A stretch of 64,000 nt of DNA, taken from assembly GCA_000165345.1 (NCBI GenBank), contig CM000436.1, forward strand, positions 1,088,001 to 1,152,000, read 5' to 3'. Shown here in pieces: positions 20,705 to 31,759 of this stretch. How positions within the stretch are numbered: position 1 is the first letter of the stretch; the number at the start of each line of letters is the position of its first letter. The notes below the pieces were generated by a model. It had not been told where the DNA came from and searched no databases. It saw only the letters and a list, made by a program, of their open reading frames with translations. A program made the translations under genes and the position numbers.

Positions 20705-23116
20705 ATGGATTATTTAAGTGGCTATTACAATGATGATGTAACTGGATCAACTTTTCATAGAGACCCAGATTTAAGATGTTGTAGTTATTTAGCTTATCCA
20801 GAATCTGATGAATCAGTATATGGAGATTCTGAAATACAACTTAAACTTTGTATTATGGAATTATATGATTTTCTTTATAATAGGAATGATTCAATAATAA
20901 AAGAAAATCAAGATTTTCAACATTCTGAATTACTTAAAATTATTACTGAAATTTCTAGTATTATATCAGTATGTATAGAAACCAAAGTAGATATTAAAGA
21001 TTCTATTGATGTTCAAAATAGCCAAGTACAAAGATTAACTGAACAAAAAAGAAATATTGAAAGGATTGGTGAAACTGTTGGAAATAATAAGATGTTAATA
21101 GATATTGTTGATAAAATCTCATCTTCTATTCAAAATAAATTGTTCTGTTTATCAAAGATTGTAAATACAGTTCAACAGTTTTCTTTAAAACAAGAAGAAT
21201 TCTATGATAATGAATATGGTTTAACTCCTTTAAAAATTAAATATCCTTATTTAACTGGAACATATACACAGTTAAATTATAATAATATACCAAATAGTCC
21301 ACAAACTACTTATCAATATCAAGAAAGTAAAATCAATATAAATAAAGAAACAGTTGATAATATTGGGATAAATTCAACAAATATTAAAGAATATGTTGTT
21401 AATAATGATCAATTTAATCAACATGAATATAAAAAAGGCTATCAAATACTTCAAGAAGCTGAAAGGAATGCAATGATTAAATTAAGAAATAGAAAGAATG
21501 CTAATTTACAAGCTGCTATTAAAGACACATCTAAGGAAGAAGAATACCATATAGTTAAGGATGAACATTTATATACTAAAAATCAACAAGATTATAATCA
21601 ACTTATAAATATTACAAATTCCAATCATCAAGAAGAAAAAATTGGTATTTATGATAAATTCTCTGGAGGAACAACAAGATTAATTATAAATAATAATAGA
21701 ATACAAAAATCAAATGGTAAAGATTCACTACTTTGTATTGATGGTTGGGGATTAATAGAACATCATAAGGAAGATACTCCAATAAGCCCCAAATATAATT
21801 GTAATAATTTAGAGTCTGAAGATGAATCTAGTTTAGATCTTGATAAAGATAATAAATTATTAATTAATAGAAAATATAAATTAAATATAAACAATAATAA
21901 AGAAGAATCTGATTTAAGTGATTATGGTAGTGGTAATACTAATACAACAGAAACAAATTATTCAAGAATTAATAAAACCAAAGAAAAATATATAAATAAA
22001 GGAGATAGTTCTTGTGAAGAAGATGATAATAATAATAATAATAATAGTACCCAAAATGTCAGAAAACTTCGAAATAAATTTGAGAAAGATTTGAAAAGTC
22101 ATATTCATTGGGAAATTGAAAGAGAAGAGGATAATATGAAATTACATGAAGAATTTGAAGAATGGGAAATTAAAGAAGATAATGAAAAAAAAACAATAAG
22201 AAATAATAAAAACAATAATAATATTATTAATAATAAAAAAAATGGAGATAAAATGATTTGTACAGAATCTAATAGAAGAAATAAATTAAAACTTGAATAT
22301 TCTGGATCTACTATGCCTAGTCAATATACAAATACTAATAATAGAAAACTTTCAAATTATAGAGATACCATGTACTCAACTAGTAGTTGGCTACCTTTAT
22401 CAAGGAATACAGGTTTCAATTACAACTGTTTATATTCAAATTCTGATAAGAATTCAAATAAACAATCAGGTTCAGAATATAATCCAGCAGCAGAATATGC
22501 TCGATTTTCAGATGCTGTAGGAAAAGTAATTAATCCTATAGTAGCTGATGAGTCATATAGAGATAATGGTAAGAATATAATGAATCCAAAAAAATTATTC
22601 AATGTAAAATTTGGTACTTTAACAGAAGATACATTTAAAGAGATTCAAGAAAAATTAAGACTTAAAATGGAAGGATGGACAATACATGGATCAGGATTAC
22701 AAGATCCCAGAGCAAATTTATTCTGGGATCCAGCTGTAATGGCTGCTGCATCTTCAGTATCACCATTCTATACAAATATGCCATCTTCAAATTCTCCTTT
22801 ATTAACAAATACACTAATTCCTGCAAATAATGGAATACCTAAAAGATCAGGATTTTTAGAATCAATTGGTCCATCCAGATTTTCTTTACATAAAAGTCTT
22901 AATAGGGGAGAGGATAAGCCTGATTTTATCTTAAGATCATCCGATTTACAATCGTCTGGCTCAACTTCTCCTAAAAATTCTCTTTCACATTCACGATCTT
23001 CATCTCCAAAAACCCCACAGACCAATACTAATATTAATAGTACATTTTCATCAAACTCTAAATCAATTCCCATAAAAAGTATGAGAGAACTTTCTAGAAG
23101 AAGAAGAAATAACTAA
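20705..23116 (+). CDS. 803-aa Asn/Ser-rich low-complexity protein. Function unknown.
   Basis: ATG start and a long uninterrupted ORF. No recognisable domain by eye. Confidence 0.45.
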   Translation: MDYLSGYYNDDVTGSTFHRDPDLRCCSYLAYPESDESVYGDSEIQLKLCIMELYDFLYNRNDSIIKENQDFQHSELLKIITEISSIISVCIETKVDIKDSIDVQNSQVQRLTEQKRNIERIGETVGNNKMLIDIVDKISSSIQNKLFCLSKIVNTVQQFSLKQEEFYDNEYGLTPLKIKYPYLTGTYTQLNYNNIPNSPQTTYQYQESKININKETVDNIGINSTNIKEYVVNNDQFNQHEYKKGYQILQEAERNAMIKLRNRKNANLQAAIKDTSKEEEYHIVKDEHLYTKNQQDYNQLINITNSNHQEEKIGIYDKFSGGTTRLIINNNRIQKSNGKDSLLCIDGWGLIEHHKEDTPISPKYNCNNLESEDESSLDLDKDNKLLINRKYKLNINNNKEESDLSDYGSGNTNTTETNYSRINKTKEKYINKGDSSCEEDDNNNNNNSTQNVRKLRNKFEKDLKSHIHWEIEREEDNMKLHEEFEEWEIKEDNEKKTIRNNKNNNNIINNKKNGDKMICTESNRRNKLKLEYSGSTMPSQYTNTNNRKLSNYRDTMYSTSSWLPLSRNTGFNYNCLYSNSDKNSNKQSGSEYNPAAEYARFSDAVGKVINPIVADESYRDNGKNIMNPKKLFNVKFGTLTEDTFKEIQEKLRLKMEGWTIHGSGLQDPRANLFWDPAVMAAASSVSPFYTNMPSSNSPLLTNTLIPANNGIPKRSGFLESIGPSRFSLHKSLNRGEDKPDFILRSSDLQSSGSTSPKNSLSHSRSSSPKTPQTNTNINSTFSSNSKSIPIKSMRELSRRRRNN

Positions 23117-23304
23117 TTAATTAACTTATTATTTCTCATTATTTAATTATTCGAGTATCTACTTACTTAAAAATACAAAAAGTTTCAAGATAAAAAAGCC
23201 AATTTCTAATTATAAAGCTAGAAATAAATACTAAATAATAATTCCTTATTTATTTATTTATTTTTAACAGGTATTATATTTATCATTATTAATATTATTA
23301 TTTT

Positions 23305-23356
23305 TGCATGCACATTATCAAATATTTGAACTGGCGCCACTCTTTGGCGCCAACCG
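23305..23356. promoter_or_regulatory. TTGCATGCAC ... CTGGCGCCAC ... TTTGGCGCCAACC, upstream of the PI 4-kinase gene.
   Basis: GCATGCA plus two GGCGCC E2F-like palindromic sites. Confidence 0.45.
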
Positions 23357-23802
23357 TGAATAATTTACTAAAATTATATGGAGGTTATTTAAGTAGAAAA
23401 TAAAGAGATAAACAACTTAGGGACTTTATTTACTTTTCTTTTCTTTTTTTTTTAATAAATATAATTATATATTTTTAAAGTGTCATAAAGTAAGGAAAAG
23501 TATTTGAGGGAGAAGAAAATTGGTTCAGAGTTTAAGTTAAGAAGTTTAAATTCCTCTAATAGAATAATTGAAGGTATTTAAAGATTGGTAGCTTTTGATT
23601 AATTTTGTAATTTAACAGATCTATAAGTAATTTCAATAAATAATTGAGATATAATAACACTTAAAAATTAAAAAGTAATTTTAATAACAATTTTTTTTTT
23701 TAATTTGAATTTTAAATTAATTAATTGGACTTTTTTTTTTAAAAAACAATTCTTCTTCTGAATGAGAGCTTTACTAACGAATAATTATATATTATAAACA
23801 AA

Positions 23803-26800
23803 ATGGTAGAAGGATGGCTAACCACTTCAAAATCTATGTCAGGTTTGTTTGGTAAAAGCTTGATTTCAAAGCAAAAAAGTACAAGTGGAAGTATAAATTT
23901 TAATGATGATGAATTAACAGATAACATTGTAGTAGATTTAGGTGACTTTTCAAATAATAATAATAATAAAAGTGATAACTTATATTCTAGAAAAGATTCA
24001 AAAGGAGGAGAATTTGATAAAAGTAAAGGCTCACTACTGAGATTATTTCAATCAGATGTATTTGATGCTCACCTACATTTATATTATATATATCATCATA
24101 AAGAATTTGGAGTTCATGAATATCTTGTAAACTTATTATATGAAAGATCTGATGAGATTTTATGGTATTTACCACAATTATGTGAAATATCTTTAAATAG
24201 ATTTGAGAAGAGTAGCCTTTGGAAATATTTTCTTGATAAATCGAGTGAAAATATGAACTTTTCTTTGATACTTTCTTGGATGTATCAAGCAATGAATGAA
24301 GATAATATACCATTAATTTCAGAATATGCTCAAAATATGCTTCAAGAAATTGAAATGGCAATGGTAAATAGCAAACTTAAGCCTGATATTAGATATATAG
24401 AAAAGAGATTATATTTTTGGAGAAGGTCCAATTTATCTGTTTTTCAGTCACTTTGTAATCAAAATATGAAATTGAATGATATTGAAGATGAATTTAAAGA
24501 TAATGATAACACAATGTTAATGAATCGTGAAAATACCAATACTCAATTATCTTTAGCAATTTACTCAACTCTTCCTAGTAGTGAAACAATAAATTTGAAT
24601 GAAAGTGATGATTTAAATCAAGATGATAATAATAGAATAATATCTTCAGATATAAATACAAATACGATTCCAAATAATAATTCAAAAACAATTAAACTTT
24701 CATCTTGTGATGTTTTACCTGATATTTGGATTTATAGAATTATTAATGATGATTTTAGTTGTGAAAATAAAGCAAAGATTGAATATATACAAACAAAACT
24801 TGGATTAATAAATCGTCAATTTAAGAATTTATATTCAAATGCAACTTGTGCTGCTTATTATAATCCAAATCCAGGAACATCTTTAAATTATAAAAGTGGA
24901 GTTTCATCAAGTGCTTTTGGTTCATTAAACTCAGGATTTTTACCAACAAGTATAATATCAGGATCATCATCTTTTGGTACATTTAGTTCAGGTGGAAATT
25001 CTAATAAAGTTTCAATACCTTACTTTTTCTTTTCAAAATTAGGTTCTCCATTTGATTTAATTGATGTTAATAAGATAATAAATGATATTCAATTTAGATC
25101 AAAATCTAGAATAAACTTGATAAATAAGAGCCATAATTTTAATGTACAAGATAATAGTTCTGAAGATACAGTATCTATTCCAAAAACCCCAAGAGACGTG
25201 ATAAGAATTACTCATCCTTTTTCTCCTTGTTCAGAAACAGAATCAGAAACTAACAATTTGGATTTGGATGATAATGGTACTTTTGAGGAGATAAAATTAG
25301 CTCCAGATTCAAATGTTTGTAGTGATAATGATAATAAGAAGATACCAATATTAACACCAAATTCAACCAAAATAATAGAATGCTTAGAAAATTTATCAAA
25401 TGAGAATTCTGGTTCCCCAATACAATTAAATGATGATATTCTTAGAAATGAAGAAATATTTAAAGTATATATATCTGAAATTGAAAAAGAGAGTGAAACA
25501 CTTTATTATTTACTTAAACAACATAGATATAATTACTTTAATAGAGTAAATCAACTTGTTTCACAATTTCTTGAAATTTCAAATTACTTGCAATCAAATA
25601 TTAATAAAGAACATAGATGTGAGATTTTGGAATTTATTATAGAAGAATTAAATCTTTGGCTCTTTTATTCAAGATTTTCAATTTCAATTTCAAGAACAAC
25701 ATTTTTATTAAATAGTATTTCTTTACCAATGCCATCATTTAATAATGAATTTTGTAGTAGATTTTCAGAAAATGATAGTTTTAATTCAAATAATAAAGAT
25801 GGGAATAGTAAAGGTATAATTGGATTTTCTCACTCAGATTATATTATGGATAAAGGTTTATGTTCTCTAAATAATTGCCAATTTTTACGTATAATTCCAA
25901 ATGAATGTAAAATTTATAATTCCAGAAAAAGAGTTCACTTTTTATTAGCAATTGAAATTGCAGATCTTGATGATCAAGATTATGAGCTTGGAAAGAATTC
26001 TCAAGATTTAATTTCTAAGGATATTTTAAATTATCTCAAAAATCATGGAATTAAACTTAAAACTGATAATAATGATGAAAATCAAAATAGATCCCAAGAT
26101 ATATTGCTTAATTTTCTTAATATACTTTCTGTTGGTATTTCAGAATCAATTGATATGGGCTTATCTCAAGAAGACTTTAACCAAATAACTTTTATTGATA
26201 ATAAAGATTCTGATGAGATTGAAGATTCTAGTATTCATGATAATGAATTAAGTGATGAAGATATATTTATTAATAAAGATTGGCCTCAAGAAACTTGGTC
26301 AAGTAAGATTAAGAGATATAGAAAAGAATCACCCTACTCAAAATTAAAGAGTTGGGGTATTAAAACACTTTTGTTAAAATCCTCAGATGATCTTAGACAA
26401 GAATATCTTGCATCTCAATTACTTCAACAATTTGATTGGATTTTTAAAATTAATAAATTACCCTTATGGCTTCATCCATATGAAATACTTGTAATTGGTT
26501 CTCATGGTGGATTTATTGAATATATTCAAGATACTTTCTCCATAGATAGCCTTAAACGTAGATTCCAGACTGATAATCTTTTGAATTGCTTTGATCAGTT
26601 ATTTAAAGATGAGGAACTTAAATCTAAAGCAAGGAAATGTTTTGTTGAAAGTCATGCTGCTTATAGCCTTGTTAGTTATTTCCTTCAAGTTAAAGATAGA
26701 CATAACGGTAATTTCTTAATTGATAAGCATGGCCACATTATTCAAATTGATTACGGGTTTATGTTAAGTAATTCTCCTGGTAATGTAAATTTTGAGCAAA

Positions 26801-27147
26801 GTCCTTTCAAATTAACTCAAGAATTTCTTGACGTCATGATGGGTGAAAACTCTTCTGATTTCCAATATTTTCAACAACTTATTATTAAAGGATTCTTAGC
26901 CTCCAGAAAACATGTTGACCAAATTGTTTTAACCATTGAATCTATGACTTCAGCATCCAAACTTCCTTGTTTCTCTTTGTTTACAAACAAGGAATACTTT
27001 ATTCAAGATATTAGAGATCGTTTCTTTCTTCATCTTACTGAGGAACAATGTGTTGTTAAAGTCACAGAATTAATTCAATCTTCAATAAATAATTGGAGAT
27101 CCATTCAATATGATGCATTCCAACGAATTACCAATGGAATTCTTTAG
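23803..27147 (+). CDS. PI4KB (PIK1-like): Phosphatidylinositol 4-kinase of the PI4KIII-beta / Pik1 type, 1114 aa.
   Basis: C-terminal PI3K/PI4K catalytic domain: LLKSSDDLRQEYLASQLLQQFDWIF...LWLHPYEILVIGSHGGFIEYIQDT...HAAYSLVSYFLQVKDRHNGNFLIDKHGHIIQIDYGFMLSNSPG...FKLTQEFLDVMMG. Start is an ATG. Confidence 0.85.
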   Translation: MVEGWLTTSKSMSGLFGKSLISKQKSTSGSINFNDDELTDNIVVDLGDFSNNNNNKSDNLYSRKDSKGGEFDKSKGSLLRLFQSDVFDAHLHLYYIYHHKEFGVHEYLVNLLYERSDEILWYLPQLCEISLNRFEKSSLWKYFLDKSSENMNFSLILSWMYQAMNEDNIPLISEYAQNMLQEIEMAMVNSKLKPDIRYIEKRLYFWRRSNLSVFQSLCNQNMKLNDIEDEFKDNDNTMLMNRENTNTQLSLAIYSTLPSSETINLNESDDLNQDDNNRIISSDINTNTIPNNNSKTIKLSSCDVLPDIWIYRIINDDFSCENKAKIEYIQTKLGLINRQFKNLYSNATCAAYYNPNPGTSLNYKSGVSSSAFGSLNSGFLPTSIISGSSSFGTFSSGGNSNKVSIPYFFFSKLGSPFDLIDVNKIINDIQFRSKSRINLINKSHNFNVQDNSSEDTVSIPKTPRDVIRITHPFSPCSETESETNNLDLDDNGTFEEIKLAPDSNVCSDNDNKKIPILTPNSTKIIECLENLSNENSGSPIQLNDDILRNEEIFKVYISEIEKESETLYYLLKQHRYNYFNRVNQLVSQFLEISNYLQSNINKEHRCEILEFIIEELNLWLFYSRFSISISRTTFLLNSISLPMPSFNNEFCSRFSENDSFNSNNKDGNSKGIIGFSHSDYIMDKGLCSLNNCQFLRIIPNECKIYNSRKRVHFLLAIEIADLDDQDYELGKNSQDLISKDILNYLKNHGIKLKTDNNDENQNRSQDILLNFLNILSVGISESIDMGLSQEDFNQITFIDNKDSDEIEDSSIHDNELSDEDIFINKDWPQETWSSKIKRYRKESPYSKLKSWGIKTLLLKSSDDLRQEYLASQLLQQFDWIFKINKLPLWLHPYEILVIGSHGGFIEYIQDTFSIDSLKRRFQTDNLLNCFDQLFKDEELKSKARKCFVESHAAYSLVSYFLQVKDRHNGNFLIDKHGHIIQIDYGFMLSNSPGNVNFEQSPFKLTQEFLDVMMGENSSDFQYFQQLIIKGFLASRKHVDQIVLTIESMTSASKLPCFSLFTNKEYFIQDIRDRFFLHLTEEQCVVKVTELIQSSINNWRSIQYDAFQRITNGIL

Positions 27148-27300
27148 TACCTTTCATTTACACTTGTATCGCTATTAATGATACAGGAATATTTCTTTTC
27201 TTTTAATAATAATAATAAAATCTAAAATATAACCTTATATTTTTATTAATTATTTCTCTCTTTAAATAAAATTCACTCTTTTTTCAACTATTATCCACAT

Positions 27301-27361
27301 GACGTCATTTTTATTGCATGCATGCAGTGGCGCAAATGATAACAATAATTTGACACGTAAT
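27301..27361. promoter_or_regulatory. Module GACGTCAT - TTGCATGCATGCA - GTGGCGCAAA - GACACGTAAT in a convergent (3'/3') spacer.
   Basis: Same element vocabulary as the upstream modules, but located between the stop codons of the PI4K gene (27147) and the 27525-30761 minus-strand gene. Confidence 0.4.
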
Positions 27362-27524
27362 TATATTTATTAAATGTTAAATAACAGACATTACAAAACA
27401 CGGAATGAAAAGAAATTAAAAAAAAAATCATTAATATCCAATGCTAGTACTATCTATATTAGATACAAAACATGCAACCTATCCAATTAATTGTGAAACT
27501 AATTTGTGAGCAAAAACGAACCCT

Positions 27525-30500
27525 CTAATTATTATTCCACATATTGTTATTATGTTGTAGGAATCCAGAATTACTACCAGTTCTAGACGAATGGAAGCCT
27601 GGGAAATTTACAGAAGTTTGCTTTGATTGAGCAGACCCAACTTGTCCTGCCTGGCCAGCCGTATTCTGTGCTCTTCCTGGTAGAAACATGCTTGAATTGC
27701 CAGAACTTGAATTACCTCCAACTCCCTGGCCTTGGTGAGCTAAATCCATTCCTGAACCTACCGTTGCCCCATTTACAGCACCTGAAGGGTTGCCAGGTGC
27801 GGAATTACCACTTGTACCATTTGGAGTACCAGAACCAGTATTACTCGACCCCGATCCAGCTGGTTTACCTATATATTGTATATTCCCCTGAAAGTTGCTA
27901 GCAGCGCTTTGGCTATTGCCTTTAGAATGACTGTTTGGATTACCAGTATTTGGATTTCCTTGAGAATTAATGTTTGCATTAGATGTAGGATTCTGAATGT
28001 GGCCATGATGGTTACCGTAGCTTTGGTGATGTATAAAATCTCCTGGATGAGCTCCAATATTATCCAGTTTATTGTTATTAGTAGTACTTGGTTGTCCCAA
28101 AAAAACTGCTTGAGGAATTGTCTGATCTACACCAAACTCGTTTGATCCCCCATTATTATTGAAACCCATTGGTAAATTCATCTGATTTTGTAGAGAATTC
28201 CCACTTCCATTTGGCTGTTGGCTTCCTATACCCATTTGCTGGTGTGACATACCTGGAGGAAGAATTGACTGAATATTTTGGTATGAACTTGGATTTTGGC
28301 TACTCATGTGATGATTATGTGCAGAATTTCCTCCCATTGTTATCGGTGATTGGTTATTTGACGAGTGATAGTTCACACCAATACCATCAGATACCATCAC
28401 ATTTCCAGATGTATTGTTATTAACTGCCGTATTTCCTGATCCCCCTGCTCCACCTCCAATTCCATATACTCCGTTCAATCCATGTTGACTTGGATTTGGT
28501 CCTTGTGAGTATTGATTAAAAACTGGAGTTGGGTGATGATGGCCATTTGGCTTAGTATTATAATGAGGGAAACCAAATGCTGCAGTATTTCCAACCATAT
28601 AGGGGAAATTTGCCGTATATCCTGCATAGTTCAAATATGCATAGTTATATGGATTTGCTGCTGCTGCTGCTGCTGCTGCTGCCGCTGCCAAAGCCATATT
28701 AGAGTTATTCCCATTAGATGCACTGCCTGAATTACCACCATTTGATCCAGTACTGCCGCCTACAACTGTCTCGTTATAATTCATACCGCTATTACCAGAT
28801 AATAAAGTTGGATTTGATGAATAAACACTACCACTACCTACCATTCCTTGTCCTGCTATTGGTAAGTTGTTATAGTTATTAATTGCACTCCCAGAAATTG
28901 AGTGACCCATATATCCATTTCCAATACCAGAAGATTTTATAGAAGTATGTACATTGGATCCAGACACACCTGATCCTCCAGAAGAAACTCCTGATCCACT
29001 ATTTCTCTGTGAAGCATTTTGGTGTAATAGTCCTTGATCTACAACCATACCACTCGTAGAACCATCTTTTGATGGAGATGAACCGCTAGTATTCCATCCA
29101 TTCAATAAATGACTTCCTGTTACACCAGCACCACCAATTCCACTTGTATTTTCTGAAATACCTGTCACTACCGACATGGCGCCAACATTTGAAGCCCCAA
29201 TATTACCAGTGTGACCCCCCCCAGCTGTATATGAGGAATTAGTAGAAACCCCAGATGATTGATTTTGGACGCTATTGGAGTTATTATCAGAAACTATACT
29301 ATTATTGATTTGGACTTGATTTTCTGGAATTTTGCTGATATCAACAGCACCAAAGCTACCAAATAGGAGTCCATCATTAGCATTAGGATCGATTGTTCTA
29401 CCTTCTGGAAGAAATACTCCAATTCCATGTGACTTATAATCAATTCCACCACCTATTTGTATTCCATGTGGTGGGGAAATTCCTCCAACTTTAATTCCAA
29501 GGTCAATTGCAGTAATTCCAGAACCAGTCATTGAATTTGGTGAGTATATGTTCGAGGTTGATGGAGAGGAGCTTTGAGTATTATCGTTGACAAAATTTGA
29601 AGATACAATCTGTTCTTTTATAGTCTTTTCAAAAGGCTTTGATATTAAGCTAGAAGTTTCCTGTGTGTTTTCTTGTTCCTGATGTTGTCTGGTAGAAGCT
29701 GAGTGATCTTGTGATAATTTCTCCTTAGTTATAGTATCATTTGAGGAGTTCTTATGATCTTTATTGTTACTATTAGTGGTTTGAGACTTTTCTAAAGTAC
29801 TTCCGATATCCTTATTATTGTTTTTGCGAGCCAAATTAGCCCATGTAGTAGTGTTATCTACTGGATTATTGGAGATACTTGCTTTTGTAGCGCTAACATG
29901 AGTGACAACTGGATTTGAACCAATTGTTGTTGCGACCTTTGAAGCATTATTTGATTCTTGTTGTATACTTTGATCTCCTGTTGTTCTTGCCTGGTGAGAG
30001 TGATTTTGGTTTTGTGTTTGAGTATGACCATGACCATGACCATGACCATGCCTCTGTCCGTGGCCATGACTATGGCCTTGAACATGGCCTTGGCCATGAC
30101 CATGACCGTGACCGTGACTGTGACCGTGATTGTGATTGTGATTGTGACCATGACCGTGTACATTGTGCTTAATAGACTTGTTATTGGACTTGTTATAGTT
30201 TGTATTAGTACCTTCGACATGGTTTTGGCTTTGGTTTTGGCTTTGGTTTTGGTTCTGACTTTGACTTTGGTTTTGAATTTGACTTTGATTATTTTGCGAA
30301 TGAGTTTGTTTACCAGATTTAATAGAATTAGTATTATTAGAATTCTTATTCCTATTGACATTATTGTTATTTACATTTGTAGAATTTGTGTTATTTTGCT
30401 TTAAGCCTCCATTTGTCCTATTCTTACCAACCTTTGTCCATTGCCCTGATTCATGACCACTAAAATCCTCAATGACATTGCCTACAGCAAGTTCTATTTG

Positions 30501-30761
30501 ATTGGCATCGTAATGGCATCTATGTATTAAATCAGAAATCTCATTTAGATTGAAGTTATATGGTTCTAATACAGGGGTCAATTCTCTGACCCACTTTGCA
30601 GTTCTTGGAGACATGGGAGTATCAACAATAGCTGGTTGAACATTTATTCTTCTATAATAGTCCTCATTTATTGTAGAATTTGGCTCCTTAGAATTAGACT
30701 TGTTATTTCCTGCAATAGCAGAATTCTTATTAGCTCTCAAATTTCTTGCTCGAGCTGACAT
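27525..30761 (-). CDS. 1078-aa Gln/Asn/Gly/Ser-rich low-complexity protein with a (His-Gly/His-Asn)n tract, a poly-Ala run and a short structured N-terminal segment. Function unknown.
   Basis: ATG start and uninterrupted ORF. HGHGHNHNHNHGHSHGHGHGHGQGHVQGHSHGHGQRHGHGHGHGH is encoded around 30040-30170. A run of 13 Ala is encoded by the (GCT/GCC)n tract at about 28645-28690. Confidence 0.55.
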   Translation of the reverse strand: MSARARNLRANKNSAIAGNNKSNSKEPNSTINEDYYRRINVQPAIVDTPMSPRTAKWVRELTPVLEPYNFNLNEISDLIHRCHYDANQIELAVGNVIEDFSGHESGQWTKVGKNRTNGGLKQNNTNSTNVNNNNVNRNKNSNNTNSIKSGKQTHSQNNQSQIQNQSQSQNQNQSQNQSQNHVEGTNTNYNKSNNKSIKHNVHGHGHNHNHNHGHSHGHGHGHGQGHVQGHSHGHGQRHGHGHGHGHTQTQNQNHSHQARTTGDQSIQQESNNASKVATTIGSNPVVTHVSATKASISNNPVDNTTTWANLARKNNNKDIGSTLEKSQTTNSNNKDHKNSSNDTITKEKLSQDHSASTRQHQEQENTQETSSLISKPFEKTIKEQIVSSNFVNDNTQSSSPSTSNIYSPNSMTGSGITAIDLGIKVGGISPPHGIQIGGGIDYKSHGIGVFLPEGRTIDPNANDGLLFGSFGAVDISKIPENQVQINNSIVSDNNSNSVQNQSSGVSTNSSYTAGGGHTGNIGASNVGAMSVVTGISENTSGIGGAGVTGSHLLNGWNTSGSSPSKDGSTSGMVVDQGLLHQNASQRNSGSGVSSGGSGVSGSNVHTSIKSSGIGNGYMGHSISGSAINNYNNLPIAGQGMVGSGSVYSSNPTLLSGNSGMNYNETVVGGSTGSNGGNSGSASNGNNSNMALAAAAAAAAAAANPYNYAYLNYAGYTANFPYMVGNTAAFGFPHYNTKPNGHHHPTPVFNQYSQGPNPSQHGLNGVYGIGGGAGGSGNTAVNNNTSGNVMVSDGIGVNYHSSNNQSPITMGGNSAHNHHMSSQNPSSYQNIQSILPPGMSHQQMGIGSQQPNGSGNSLQNQMNLPMGFNNNGGSNEFGVDQTIPQAVFLGQPSTTNNNKLDNIGAHPGDFIHHQSYGNHHGHIQNPTSNANINSQGNPNTGNPNSHSKGNSQSAASNFQGNIQYIGKPAGSGSSNTGSGTPNGTSGNSAPGNPSGAVNGATVGSGMDLAHQGQGVGGNSSSGNSSMFLPGRAQNTAGQAGQVGSAQSKQTSVNFPGFHSSRTGSNSGFLQHNNNMWNNN

Positions 30762-31325
30762 TATAAAGTATTATATAATAATTTATAAGTAGAATAGGTT
30801 GTTATGTGTTTAGATATCTTATTATTAAGCAAAAACAAGCAGTTGGATTAATTAAAATTGCCAATAATGTTTGTTTCTGCTCTTAACTGCTCCAAGTAAT
30901 TTTTGACTACACTCTCACTTTAAAAACTTTAAAGTGAGACCGTGCTTTATGAAACGGAGAGTCTCTAGTTACTTGTTCTGCTTTTCTGTGTACTTTTTTT
31001 TTTAGTATAAGAAAAAATAAATCACATATATTTCTTATGTAATAAATTAATTTTATTCCTACTTCCCACAATACTTTAATTTCTCTCCAACCCTATTTTT
31101 CCTCTAGTCTTAATTTATTAATAATATAGCTAATATTATACATTACATTATAATAAATAATTATTATTAATAGACCTATATATATTTAATTATTTACCTT
31201 TTATTATTATTATTATTATTATTACTATTCAAATTATTTATTTGAAGTCAAACTTAGCTTTTTCCATATATTATATTTAAAATTGTCTAAACTCGGCCGC
31301 CTCTTAATATTTTCTAATTTTAAAA

Positions 31326-31439
31326 TTACCGCCAAAAATTAACAAACTCTTTAATCATTCTATTCTTTCAACATTTTCCCGCTCAAAATAGTCGAATTGT
31401 TAAATTTTACAAAAAAAAATGCATGTTTTCCCGCCGTCT
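31326..31439. promoter_or_regulatory. Cluster of three E2F-like boxes (TTACCGCCAAAAATT, TTTTCCCGCTCAAAA, AAATGCATGTTTTCCCGCCGTC) in the divergent spacer between the 27525-30761 gene and the small 31760 gene.
   Basis: Direct sequence matches to TTTSSCGC. Confidence 0.45.
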
Positions 31440-31759
31440 CAAAAGATTACTTTAATATGAAATTTAATGAAAAATGATGAAAAGTCAAAATAATGAGCGA
31501 TTAACAATAAATAAAAATTGAGAATGGAACAGAATAAATATTTAAAAATATTTAGTTTTCTTTTTGAAGAAATTTCTTAGTTTTTTTTTTTCAAAAATTA
31601 TATTTGTCTGTTTTGTTTTAAAGCCGGTATAGGAATACATGTATGCATGTAATTGAATAGATTTGTGTGTATTTGCATTTGAGTAATTATTTTTCTAAAT
31701 TCATTGAATATTTTTGTGAATATTTTTAATTAAAAAATTCTTAAATACTTTATTGGAAA

